Assembly (NCBI GenBank): GCA_003551705.1
Contig: PUNJ01000013.1
Location: 7,558-71,557, forward strand
Direction of reading: 5' to 3'
Length of the DNA stretch: 64,000 bases
Origin: Chloroflexota bacterium
GTDB taxonomy: Bacteria; Chloroflexota; Dehalococcoidia; UBA2247; RBG-13-53-26
The notes under the pieces were generated by a model, which was not told where the DNA came from, did no database searches, and worked only from the letters and a program-made list of their open reading frames with translations. Positions 10,027-19,590 of this stretch are shown piece by piece. The position numbers were made by a program, and so were the translations under genes. Every line of letters begins with the position of its first letter. Within the stretch, counting starts at the first letter, position 1.

Positions 10027-10788
10027 TCAAAAATCTACGTCGCTGTAGCCTTCCATTTCACCCAGGTCTTCCTGTTCATCCTCGCCTTCCTCTTCCTCTT
10101 CCAGACGCTGCCGGACAAGACTCTCCTTCACGTAAGAACGAAACCTTTCCTTCTTCTTGGGTGTGAATGAAAGGCGGCCCGCCTGACTGGGGTCCTGGTA
10201 GATCTCTCTGATCAGTATTTTCAACTCATTATTGACAAGGCTGCTCACGGCACCGCTGTAGCGGTTGCCGCCTTCTATAAGCTTGACCAGTCGCAGTCCA
10301 TACTGCGGCTCCACTTCGCCCAAGTATTCACCATGCGCATTCTTGGCGAACAACTTCTGGCCTTCTACCTCCAGGTTCACCGGTTCACCCGGAGCCATGG
10401 TTGCGACGGTCTCACGCGGGGCCAGGTTAATCAAGTTACAGATTCTGGCCTTGCTTGTTTCCTCGACAAAGACATCGGCAATGACTTTGTGCCGGTCCTC
10501 CTTTGGCTGGATTGCTTCCAACTCAGCGAGGCGTTTCAGGTTCTTCTTGGCAATATTATTATACGGGTCCAACTTCAAGGTACGCTCATATGCCTCTCTG
10601 GCTCCCGCATGATTGCCGGTCTCCATTAGAGCCCTGGCCAATCGGTTGTTAGCCTCGACATCCTCAGGCACTATCTGAAGTATAGCCGCATTCACTGCTA
10701 CGGCCTCCTCCCAGCGTCCCTGAATAGCCAGCGACACGGCTTCTTTCGCCTGGCGCTCGATCTTCAGTTTGGCTTGTTGTGTGAACAC
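10027..10788 (-). CDS. TPR-repeat protein with uncharacterised C-terminal domain and acidic tail
   Basis: TPR-like helices (NNRLARALMETGNHAGAREAYERTLKLDPYNNIAKKNL) and a C-terminal EEEEEGEDEQED tail. No catalytic motif recognised. Confidence 0.65.
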   Translation of the reverse strand: MFTQQAKLKIERQAKEAVSLAIQGRWEEAVAVNAAILQIVPEDVEANNRLARALMETGNHAGAREAYERTLKLDPYNNIAKKNLKRLAELEAIQPKEDRHKVIADVFVEETSKARICNLINLAPRETVATMAPGEPVNLEVEGQKLFAKNAHGEYLGEVEPQYGLRLVKLIEGGNRYSGAVSSLVNNELKILIREIYQDPSQAGRLSFTPKKKERFRSYVKESLVRQRLEEEEEGEDEQEDLGEMEGYSDVDF

Positions 10789-11023
10789 TACTTGCTCCTG
10801 GCACCTGTATGTGCATCACGTCTGAACATGCACTCAAGGATTTTAGGACTTGGCGCACGATTTTGCAAGTTAAGAATGTCTCAAGTAGCTGGTTCGTACT
10901 TCGTTGCCGAAGCGCTAAGCTATATTATACAAGACAATCGGTCTTTGGTGGCAATTGCCCCTCCATAATGCAATATCATTTTCTCCCTGGGCCTGGAGTT
11001 TGATAGTTACTTCTGCAGGCTGT

Positions 11024-11797
11024 TCAGTCAAGTCCCAAGTCTATGCCGACAGGGCAGTGGTCTGAGCCGGTTACCTCTTGCATGATGAAGGCCGACTGAA
11101 CCGCCGGCAAAAGGTCCTGCGACACGAAGAAGTAGTCTATCCTCCATCCCACGTTTCTCTGCCGGGCGCCCGTTTTCAAGTCCCACCAGGAATACTGATC
11201 CGGCTCCTTGTTGAAGTGGCGAAAAGTGTCCACATATCCGTGACTGATAAATTTGTCTATCCATTCCCTTTCAACTGGAAGAAAACCGGACACCTTGGAG
11301 TTCGCCTTGGGCCTGGCCAGGTCGATTTCCTTGTGTGCCGTGTTCAAGTCCCCGCATATTATCAGCTTGTGGCCGTCCCGCCTGTAGCCAGCGGCGAAGT
11401 CCAAAAACACATTGTAGAAGTCCAGTTTGTACTGGAGCCTCTCCGGCCCCATTTTGCCGTTGGGAAAGTACACGTTCATGAGGGTGAACCCCGGATGCTC
11501 CGAGACTATCATCCTTCCTTCCCTGTCGAATTCCTCAATGCCAAAGCCGTTTTGCACTCTCAACGGTTTCTCCTTGCACAGGGTGGCAACACCGCTGTAG
11601 CCTTTCTTGTCCGGAAAGTTCCAGTATGTATGATAGCCGTTCATGTCTACCAGGTCATCTGTTAATTGTTCCTGCTGGACCTTGGTCTCTTGCAGGCAGA
11701 GGATGTCGGGCGACTCCTGCCGAAGCCAGTCAAAGAAACCTTTCTTGGCAAGAGCCCTTATGCCGTTAACATTCCAGCAAAGCAACCTTATTTGCAT
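11024..11797 (-). CDS. xth: Exodeoxyribonuclease III
   Basis: [11 protein letters not shown]...[10 protein letters not shown]...GDLNTAH...SDHCPV are EEP/ExoIII signature motifs. Confidence 0.9.
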   Translation of the reverse strand: MQIRLLCWNVNGIRALAKKGFFDWLRQESPDILCLQETKVQQEQLTDDLVDMNGYHTYWNFPDKKGYSGVATLCKEKPLRVQNGFGIEEFDREGRMIVSEHPGFTLMNVYFPNGKMGPERLQYKLDFYNVFLDFAAGYRRDGHKLIICGDLNTAHKEIDLARPKANSKVSGFLPVEREWIDKFISHGYVDTFRHFNKEPDQYSWWDLKTGARQRNVGWRIDYFFVSQDLLPAVQSAFIMQEVTGSDHCPVGIDLGLD

Positions 11798-11978
11798 TGT
11801 AGGACCGCCTTGTCTTATTTCCGCCAGATTATAGCATCAGGGCGATTGTTGTCCAACAGACCATTACGGCGATTCAGGGTTCCTGACAAGGGTTGCAGGC
11901 TGGAATTTCAGATATGAATTCCACCACGAAGGCTAACTTGGTAGAATATATATATATAAGTCGCGATGGAGGTGTGCC

Positions 11979-12743
11979 ATGTTACTGGTAGAAGACCTGG
12001 CTGTTGAAGTGGGCGACCGCCTTATTCTCAAACACATCGATCTGGAAATCAAGCCGGGAGAAACTCATATACTCTTCGGCCCAAACGGCTCTGGGAAGAC
12101 ATCTCTCCTGATGGCTATCATGGGATATCCCAATTATCGGATTACCGCGGGTAGAATAATCTTCAGAAGTGTGGACATCACGCATTTGCCCATCGATGAA
12201 AGGGCCAAGATGGGCATAGGCATGTCATATCAACGTCCACCGACCATACATGGGTTGAAGACGCGCCAATTAGTCCAGATCTGTGCCAAGGGTGGCGATG
12301 ATATCGAGGAAATGGCTGCACGCCTCAATGTTGACAAGTTTCTGGACAGAGACGTAAATGCGGGTCTGTCGGGGGGAGAGATCAAGCGTTCAGAACTATT
12401 GCAACTCATGGCACAGAACCCCGATCTGCTGCTCTTCGACGAACCTGAGTCGGGTGTTGACCTGGAGAATATTGCTCTGGTTGGAGAGGCGATAGCTACG
12501 CTTCTTGAAAAGGAGAAAATGCCTCGCAACACCAGGCCCATGGCGGAAGCAAAGCGTGACAGGACCAAGATGGGGCTCATAATCACCCATACGGGCTTCA
12601 TCCTGGACTATGTACCGGCAGATAAGGGTTATGTGCTATATGACGGGGTTCTAAGTTGCAGCGGAAACCCCAGCGAGATATTGAATTGGATTAGCGATTG
12701 CGGTTACGAGGAGTGTGCAAGATGCGCGATGAAAGCGAACTAA
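11979..12743 (+). CDS. sufC: Fe-S cluster assembly ATPase, SufC type
   Basis: Walker A GPNGSGKTS, signature LSGGEIKRSE, Walker B LLLFDEPESGVD. GGAGG RBS. Confidence 0.85.
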   Translation: MLLVEDLAVEVGDRLILKHIDLEIKPGETHILFGPNGSGKTSLLMAIMGYPNYRITAGRIIFRSVDITHLPIDERAKMGIGMSYQRPPTIHGLKTRQLVQICAKGGDDIEEMAARLNVDKFLDRDVNAGLSGGEIKRSELLQLMAQNPDLLLFDEPESGVDLENIALVGEAIATLLEKEKMPRNTRPMAEAKRDRTKMGLIITHTGFILDYVPADKGYVLYDGVLSCSGNPSEILNWISDCGYEECARCAMKAN

Positions 12744-13948
12744 TCAAAAGGGCGACCAAAGCGATCCACAAGAAGGCGCCTTTTGGTAAGGACGTCCATC
12801 TTGAGGATTTTGATGCCGCAACCGTGGTACATTCCTATCTGGCCGATGCCGACCTTTGTGAACTGCCGGAAACAGAACAGGAGCGATTGCTCCTGGCCGG
12901 GGTAGATCCTGCTCAGGAGAAGAGGGGCGGGACCTATTTCCAAAAGGACACTGCCGTTGTCCACTGCAGCATGAAGGAGGAGGGGATTGAAGTCATCCCC
13001 ATCCGGCAAGCCCTGGAACACCACGAATGGGTGCGGGACTATTATTGGAAGCTGGTTTCGGTAGACGCCGACAAGTATACTGCTGCTGCCAAGTTGAACC
13101 TGCACGATGGTTACGTGATAAGGGCTCGTCCCGGGGTGAAGAGCATCTATCCTGTGCAGGCCTGCCTTTTTATCGAAAAAGAAGGCCTGCAGCAGAATGT
13201 TCACAACATAGTCATTGCAGAAGAGGACTCCGAGTTGCACATCATCACAGGCTGCACCACGGCCGCCCATGTGAAGACCGGGTTGCACGTGGGGGTCTCC
13301 GAGTTCTTTATCAAGAAGAATGCCAAGGTCAGCTTCACCATGATCCACAACTGGGCGGATGACATGCTGGTACGGCCCAGGTCTGTGGCTGTGGTGGAGG
13401 AGGGCGGGCTTTATCTTAACAACTACGTATCCATGAAACCCGTACGGTCCATGCAAATGTATCCCACTACTCACCTGCTTGGGCCTAATGCCACAGCCAG
13501 GTACTACAGCATAGTGGTCAGCAGTCCTGGTTCCGAGCACGATGTAGGCGGCAGAGTCCATCTGAGTGCCGAAGGCACCCGGGCGGAGATTGTGTCTCGA
13601 GTCATCAGTAATGGAGGAGACATCATCTCCAGGGGACACATGATCGGTGAGGTTCCCGGAGTCAAGGGACACCTTGAATGTCGCGGTCTACTACTGAATG
13701 GTGGCCTCATCAAGGCCATACCAGAGTTGGAGGGAAGGGTGGACGGTGTGGAGATGTCGCACGAGGCTGCAGTGGGCAAGATCGCGCAGGAAGAGATTTC
13801 TTACCTTATGTCGCGCGGTCTTAACGAAGACGAAGCAACGTCGACGATTGTGCGTGGCTTTCTGAGCGTCGATATCGAGGGTCTTCCTGATGAGCTCAAG
13901 GGTGAGATAGACCGTGCCATCGAAGCGAGCGACCGGGATGTAATGTAG
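12722..13948 (+). CDS. sufB: Fe-S cluster assembly scaffold, SufB/SufD family
   Basis: Beta-helix core typical of SufB/D (HIITGCTTAAHVKTGLHVGVSEFFIKKNAKV...HEAAVGKIAQEEISYLMSRGL). ATG 12722 overlaps the sufC end. No other suf genes are adjacent. Confidence 0.85.
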   Translation: MRDESELIKRATKAIHKKAPFGKDVHLEDFDAATVVHSYLADADLCELPETEQERLLLAGVDPAQEKRGGTYFQKDTAVVHCSMKEEGIEVIPIRQALEHHEWVRDYYWKLVSVDADKYTAAAKLNLHDGYVIRARPGVKSIYPVQACLFIEKEGLQQNVHNIVIAEEDSELHIITGCTTAAHVKTGLHVGVSEFFIKKNAKVSFTMIHNWADDMLVRPRSVAVVEEGGLYLNNYVSMKPVRSMQMYPTTHLLGPNATARYYSIVVSSPGSEHDVGGRVHLSAEGTRAEIVSRVISNGGDIISRGHMIGEVPGVKGHLECRGLLLNGGLIKAIPELEGRVDGVEMSHEAAVGKIAQEEISYLMSRGLNEDEATSTIVRGFLSVDIEGLPDELKGEIDRAIEASDRDVM

Positions 13949-14037
13949 CTGCCGTGTTGTTATGCAGACCTGCCTTGAATACACATCTTGGGGGCCTTGG
14001 GCAGTTGCCAGAGGGTATCCCCCCGGTTTAGGAGTGC

Positions 14038-14586
14038 ATGATGGAAAGTTCATTAGTCGCCCGGATGCGAAGGGCTGCCAGGCTGGAAGTCGATCTCTAC
14101 AGGGAGGTTGAGCATGATCGGACCGCCACCAGCCAGGCGCTATTGGTTGTGCTCATTGTCGGCCTTGCCTCAGCGCTGGGTTCAGCTCTGGGTGCAATCC
14201 TTGCCAGGGATATACTCTGGTTCTTCCTGGGTATGGTCTTCGGCCTTGCCCAGATAGTCTTCGGCTGGCTCATTTGGTCCGGAATTACGCTACTGGTGGG
14301 CAAGACGCTGTTCAGGACAGAGCACACCGAGGTTGACTATGGCCAGATGCTTCGTACCATCGGGTTTGCCTTGTCGCCCGGGGTACTCCTATTTCTCCGC
14401 TTCATACCCGTCCTGGGAGGGATTATATCCTTCATAGTCTTCATCTGGATACTAGTGGCTGCTGTCATTGCGGTGAGAGAGGCCATGGACTTCTCCACTG
14501 GGCGGGCCATAGGCACCTTGCTGGTCGGGTGGTTCGTCATGATCATTTTCAACATTCTTCTGGGCGTCTTCTTGCTGTGGGCGTAA
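14038..14586 (+). CDS. Yip1-family integral membrane protein
   Basis: Cytoplasmic N-terminus followed by about 5 hydrophobic helices. The layout and N-terminal pattern resemble bacterial Yip1-domain proteins. Confidence 0.6.
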   Translation: MMESSLVARMRRAARLEVDLYREVEHDRTATSQALLVVLIVGLASALGSALGAILARDILWFFLGMVFGLAQIVFGWLIWSGITLLVGKTLFRTEHTEVDYGQMLRTIGFALSPGVLLFLRFIPVLGGIISFIVFIWILVAAVIAVREAMDFSTGRAIGTLLVGWFVMIIFNILLGVFLLWA

Positions 14587-14628
14587 TGTTAGGTCGTCCC
14601 GCCTTGCTGCTGGGCAAGACATCCTGTT

Positions 14629-15387
14629 CTAGATTGCGCCGCCGCTCACGCTGAGAGTCTGACCTGTGATATAGCCGGCCCGTTCCGAACACAGGAACAG
14701 TATGGAGTCCACATGGTCCTGAGGGGTTCCCAGTCTGCGCAGCGGGTACTGTTGCGACAGGCGGGCCTCTTTTTCCGGGGTTAACCATCCCGACTGCACC
14801 ATTTGCGGTACCTTGGTGACCGCCGCGTTGACCACGTTTATGCGTATGCCATGGGGTCCCATCTCCGTGGCCAGTCCTTTGACGAAATGCATTACCGCAG
14901 CCTTGGCGGTCCCGTACATCACTTCCCGATGCGGCGCCACCTTGCCGGCGTCCGAACCCAGGCATACAATGCTGCCGGACTTCTGCTCGATCATCGGATC
15001 AAGCGCGGCCCTGACGGCATTGACAACCCCCCAGAAGGTCACGTCAACTATCCTGTGCAACTCCTCTTCCGAGCTGTCGATGAACCACCCGAGCTTGGGA
15101 TAGGCGGGGATAGTTACCAGTATGTCGACCCTGTTGAAAGCATCCAGGGTGGTCCTGACCATCTCCCGGCAGTCGGCAAGCTTGGTTACATCGGCATAGG
15201 TGGGTACAGCCCTGGCGCCCAGGTCCACTACCTGCTTTGCTACCTTGTCGGCCCATTCTCTGTCGACGTCATTGGTTATGATGCACGCCCCTTCGCGGGC
15301 CAGATCGAGGCAAACGCCCGTGCCCATGGCGTCACCACCCGCTCCGGTAACTATGGCAACCTTGTCCTTCAAACCCAGGTCCATCAT
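14629..15387 (-). CDS. Short-chain dehydrogenase/reductase (FabG-like)
   Basis: VAIVTGAGG Rossmann motif, catalytic YGTAKAAV (YxxxK), about 250 aa. Confidence 0.85.
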   Translation of the reverse strand: MMDLGLKDKVAIVTGAGGDAMGTGVCLDLAREGACIITNDVDREWADKVAKQVVDLGARAVPTYADVTKLADCREMVRTTLDAFNRVDILVTIPAYPKLGWFIDSSEEELHRIVDVTFWGVVNAVRAALDPMIEQKSGSIVCLGSDAGKVAPHREVMYGTAKAAVMHFVKGLATEMGPHGIRINVVNAAVTKVPQMVQSGWLTPEKEARLSQQYPLRRLGTPQDHVDSILFLCSERAGYITGQTLSVSGGAI

Positions 15388-15894
15388 GGCCTCCCTCTAA
15401 TTCTCAGTCCGCGGGCTTGCCCGGAACGCTCCATCAGCCGCCGGCAAAGCCGTCCTTGCCAAATTCAACTGGTCTGCCTGTAGTTCCCGTGGTGCTAATC
15501 TCCTGAGAGTCGTTCTCCTGCTGCGGCTTGCGGTGGCTTTCCGCGGTCAAGCTGCAGCATCGTAGTGGTACGGGCAGACGTTCTGCCAAACCTGGTTAGG
15601 AATGTACCATGCGCATATACGACCGTCAAGTACGAGGCTGACTGTGGCGATGGACACGCCGTCATTATCGGGCACCGGACCGAAACTTGACACGCGGCAC
15701 GAGGCTGTATATAGTCCGGGTGCCGCTGGCAGGAAGAAGACCGAAGATCGCCCCATGGCATCTTACTTGCCAAGGTCGTGTCCGGCCGGGGTATGGACCG
15801 GAGGGATGCAGGTGGCCATGATGGCGGCATGCCGGTCTTATACGCGGAGACCTAACACTTCTACAGTTTGACGTGGTGCATGTCGGAGGATGGC

Positions 15895-16845
15895 ATGGAA
15901 TGGAACAATAGGGTAACACAGCTGCTCGGAACAAGATACCCCATCATGCTGGGGGCCTATGAGGGTTTTGGCAAGTCGACCATAGCCGCTCCGGTTTCCG
16001 AAGCTGGAGGGCTTGGCGTAATCACAGCTCATGCCTTTCGCACGCCCGAGAAACTGCGGAACGACATACGCCGGGCCAGATCGCAGACTGATAGACCTCT
16101 TGGCGTGAACCTCAGTGTAGGGCTTGTAACCGACATAGATAGGATGTTGGACGTTGTCCTGGATGAGCGCATTCCGGTGGTGGAAACATCCGTGTCCAAT
16201 GCCGGCCAGTATGGTGAGCGAATCAAGGCAGCAGGTGCTAAATGGATACACAAGGTTGCTTCCACCAGACATGCCCTGGCCGCGGAGAACCAGGGAGCGG
16301 ATGCAGTGATCATTGTGGGCATTGAGGGGGTAGGATTCAAGCACCCATCCCAACTGCCCACCATGACGGCAGTTGCCTGGACGGCCAGACAACTTAAGAT
16401 CCCCGTTATTGCGGCTGGAGGCATAGGAGATGCGCACACGCTGGCCGCAGCTCTTTGCCTGGGCGCCCAGGGGGTATGCATGGGCACTGCTTTCATGGCA
16501 ACCGTGGAATGTAGGGTAACGGCAAGCCGGAAACAGGCTTTGGTGGAAGCGACTCCGGACGACCCGGCTTACCGCGAGCTTGCCCTCAGCGCTCCGGACC
16601 CGGCGGCTTATGAGGATGTAATGAAGGAAAGAGCACACCTTCCCAGAGAGCAGTGGCTGCGGAGGTTGGAGAAGGTCATGTTACGGCAATCACCTGACGC
16701 ACCGTGGAAGCTCAAGCAAATGGCCAAGGGCTCGCTGGCTGTGGCTTTCGTGGACAGGATAATGACCGTAAGTGAGTTAATGGAGACCATAGTTCATGGA
16801 GCAGAGGAGATTTTGACGAGACGGGTATCCCGGCAGCTTACGTGA
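15895..16845 (+). CDS. Nitronate monooxygenase / FabK-like FMN oxidoreductase
   Basis: LLGTRYPIMLGAYEGF...SEAGGLGVI...IAAGGIGD...GAQGVCMGTAF is the NMO/2-nitropropane dioxygenase pattern. ATG 15895 follows GGAGGA. Alternative in-frame starts are at 15880 and 15868. Confidence 0.8.
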   Translation: MEWNNRVTQLLGTRYPIMLGAYEGFGKSTIAAPVSEAGGLGVITAHAFRTPEKLRNDIRRARSQTDRPLGVNLSVGLVTDIDRMLDVVLDERIPVVETSVSNAGQYGERIKAAGAKWIHKVASTRHALAAENQGADAVIIVGIEGVGFKHPSQLPTMTAVAWTARQLKIPVIAAGGIGDAHTLAAALCLGAQGVCMGTAFMATVECRVTASRKQALVEATPDDPAYRELALSAPDPAAYEDVMKERAHLPREQWLRRLEKVMLRQSPDAPWKLKQMAKGSLAVAFVDRIMTVSELMETIVHGAEEILTRRVSRQLT

Positions 16846-17048
16846 GAGGCTGGTGGGGACTTGCATTACTAACGACGGCTTGCTGTGCAAGGGAATAGAC
16901 GGACCAATTCGGCTGGTTGACAGGCCCGAGAGTGTCATATAAACTTAGTCACCTTCGCCCCCATACGCTCGCGTACGAAGCCCAACACATATCGACTACG
17001 TTGCCTAGTCTTGGCCAGTAATGGCTTGCTATTGGGGAGGTTGTTTCG

Positions 17049-18728
17049 ATGCCTGAGGATGAGTTTGCTCCATACAAGGGTCGGGACTTGGACTTTCGGG
17101 ACCTGCTCAATATTCTGGAAGACTCATTTGTCCTCATAGACAGCGAGTTTCGCATCAAGTTCGCCAACTCCAGCTGTCTTCAGGACCACAATGCTGAGCC
17201 TGAAGGAAGCTTTTGTTTTCAGGTTCTGGAGTCACGGCCCGAGCCTTGCAGCGCTCCGCACTGGACCTGCCCACTTCCCAGAGTCATGGCAACAGGCTTG
17301 CCCGTGAGTTTCGTATACCCGCTCAATTACCAGCATAGCAGCGCGGCCAGACCTGTATCCGGCCCTGATCAGGCCGACCCTGTAACCAGGTACATCAAGG
17401 TTTCCATGTACCCGCTAAGGAACGGGCATGGTGAGATAACGGCTGTGGCTGAACTAAGAAGAGACGTCACGGCCGAGCGTGAGCTCGAGAACCAGATACT
17501 GCGGCGCCATCACCATCTCCAGGCCTTGAACCGGATATCCATGGCGGTGAGCCAACTCGGCGACATAGAAAGTGTCCTTATGGTTTCCCTCGATGCCGTA
17601 TTGGAGATTGTCAATGGCGAAATCGGCGGCATGCTTTTGTACGATGCTGAGAGCGACATGCTTGGTTATCGAGTCTACCGCGGGATGTCAGCCAAATACG
17701 CGGAAAGCATGCGTCTGTCGCCAGGGGAGGGTATTGCCGGTATCGTGGCCCAGACAGGGATCCCGATACTTTTGGAGGATGTTTCCAAGGACCCGCGGGT
17801 TACTCATCGGGACCTGGTCAATACCGAAGGCCTCAGGGGCTTCGCCAGCGTTCCCCTCAAGACCCGGGAGAAGGTAGTAGGGGTGATGGATCTTGCCAGC
17901 CATTTGCCGGGAAGGTTCAGAGATGATGATCTTTACCTGCTCAGTTCCATCGGACATCAGATTGGGGTGGCCATAGAGCAGGCCAGACTTTACGAATTGC
18001 TGGCCAGGGCCACTGAACGCTATCGCGTCCTGCTGCGGCATGCACTGAGCGCCCAGGAAGAGGAGAGGAAACGCATAGCCCGGGAACTGCATGACGAGAC
18101 AAGCCAGTCCTTGACCAGTATCTCATTAAGCCTGCAAGCGATTATCGGCATGGTTGAGCTGGCAGGGGGGGCGGATACCATTGGGGCCGAGATTATGGAC
18201 AAAATGAGGACAACTCATTCCTATGCAGTCCACGCCGGGAACGAGATAGTGCGCCTCATGAAAGAACTACGGCCGACCCTGCTTGATGAACTGGGCATGC
18301 CCACAGCCATCCGGCGTTATGCCAAGGACACCCTGGAACCACAAGGGGTTGCCATATCAGAGGAGTTTAACGGCGTTGATCAGCGCTTCAGACCTGAGGT
18401 GGAAGTGACGCTTTTCCGTATTGCGCAGGGTGTGATTGGCAATATCTTGGAGCATTCTAGGGCGAAGCATACGGAGATAGTCCTCGATTGCAGTGATGAC
18501 GAATGCGTGCTTCGCATCAGTGATGACGGTAAAGGTTTCGACGTGAACAAATTGACCAAGGTAGACCCCAGCGGGAGAGGTGCGGGGTTATTCACGATGA
18601 AGGAAAGGGTGAGACTGGTAGGAGGTTCCTGCGTCGTTGAGTCTCAACCCAACCGGGGTACACGAGTGACTGTCAGAGTTCCCATCAAGGGTACAGAGGA
18701 TGAGGAAGATCAAGGTGCTCATAGTTGA
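17049..18728 (+). CDS. Soluble sensor histidine kinase: Cys-rich PAS, GAF, HisKA_3, HATPase
   Basis: No TM segments. H-box RIARELHDETSQSL (HisKA_3 type), N box GNILEHSRA, G boxes DDGKGF and GRGAGL. The GAF-like region is GGMLLYD...GIAG...VPL. Four Cys (43, 56, 67, 74) lie in the N-terminal PAS-like part. Confidence 0.85.
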   Translation: MPEDEFAPYKGRDLDFRDLLNILEDSFVLIDSEFRIKFANSSCLQDHNAEPEGSFCFQVLESRPEPCSAPHWTCPLPRVMATGLPVSFVYPLNYQHSSAARPVSGPDQADPVTRYIKVSMYPLRNGHGEITAVAELRRDVTAERELENQILRRHHHLQALNRISMAVSQLGDIESVLMVSLDAVLEIVNGEIGGMLLYDAESDMLGYRVYRGMSAKYAESMRLSPGEGIAGIVAQTGIPILLEDVSKDPRVTHRDLVNTEGLRGFASVPLKTREKVVGVMDLASHLPGRFRDDDLYLLSSIGHQIGVAIEQARLYELLARATERYRVLLRHALSAQEEERKRIARELHDETSQSLTSISLSLQAIIGMVELAGGADTIGAEIMDKMRTTHSYAVHAGNEIVRLMKELRPTLLDELGMPTAIRRYAKDTLEPQGVAISEEFNGVDQRFRPEVEVTLFRIAQGVIGNILEHSRAKHTEIVLDCSDDECVLRISDDGKGFDVNKLTKVDPSGRGAGLFTMKERVRLVGGSCVVESQPNRGTRVTVRVPIKGTEDEEDQGAHS

Positions 18729-19353
18729 TGACCATACCCTGGTCCGGGACGGGATCCGTGCCCTTCTGATGCTGGCTGCGGACCTGGAGGTGGTAGGGGA
18801 GGCTTCCAACGGAAGGGAAGCCTTGGAGAGGACACGGCAGCTTCTGCCGGACGTGGTCCTGATGGACTTGGCCATGCCCATCATGGGAGGTCTTGAGGCC
18901 ATGCGGCGCATACGCAAGGAGTTTGCCGGCACCAGGATCATCGCCCTGACCCAGTATGATGATAGTGAGTACGTCATACCGGCCATAGAGGCCGGCGCCA
19001 GGGGCTTCTTAACCAAGATGGCAGCGTTCTCGGAGCTGGCTACTGCGATTCAGGCTGTGCACAGGGGTGATTCATACCTGTCACCCACGGCGGCGGCGGC
19101 CCTTGTAGAGGAACGACAGCACATGGCCGGCGTCGATGGAGACCGGGACACCTACCAGAGTCTGACGGAGCGGGAGCGGGAGATCCTGAAACTGGTCGTT
19201 GAAGGTTATACTGCCCGTCAAATTGCTGATATGCTCGTAATCAGTCCCAAGACTGTCGAGTGGCACAGGGCCAGTTTGATGCAGAAGTTGAATATCCACA
19301 ACAAGATGGACCTCATAAGGTACGCTATCCGCAAGGGCGTGATACTGCTCTAG
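18700..19353 (+). CDS. NarL/LuxR-family response regulator
   Basis: Canonical receiver (VDDH, VVLMDLAMP, ALTQY, FLTK) plus LuxR HTH (LTEREREILKLVVEGYTARQIADMLVISPKTVEWHR). It overlaps the kinase end. Confidence 0.9.
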   Translation: MRKIKVLIVDDHTLVRDGIRALLMLAADLEVVGEASNGREALERTRQLLPDVVLMDLAMPIMGGLEAMRRIRKEFAGTRIIALTQYDDSEYVIPAIEAGARGFLTKMAAFSELATAIQAVHRGDSYLSPTAAAALVEERQHMAGVDGDRDTYQSLTEREREILKLVVEGYTARQIADMLVISPKTVEWHRASLMQKLNIHNKMDLIRYAIRKGVILL

Positions 19354-19510
19354 CCGTCGCATTTTTCCTTCTCCCAACTTCCGCCGGACAATAAATAGTG
19401 CCTGGACATGTGCCGGCAACAGCAGTCCCGGGAGTTTTCCTATTCGATACCCCAGAATTTCCCGGTACGGCGCCCCCCAGTCTTTTACCGGTCACCCGGT
19501 AACTTTCCCA

Positions 19511-19539
19511 TTGTTAGGCGGGTTTTCTGCCCGTAGTAT
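19511..19539 (+). promoter_or_regulatory. Candidate sigma70-type promoter of the flavoprotein-metV-metF operon
   Basis: TTGTTA (19511-19516), 17-nt spacer, TAGTAT (19534-19539), about 50 nt upstream of ATG 19591. Confidence 0.4.
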
Positions 19540-19590
19540 TCCTGTATATTCGACTCTTTCGCTCTCATTAAGACAATAGTGAGGAACATC

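Noticed and set aside
11946-11958. (AT)6-7 microsatellite upstream of sufC
   Set aside because: It is short and sits where a -10 or AT-rich promoter region is expected, next to TAGAAT at 11942. Nothing suggests phase variation.
12740-13672. 310-aa minus-strand ORF inside sufB
   Set aside because: It is antisense to a clear SufB/D scaffold gene.
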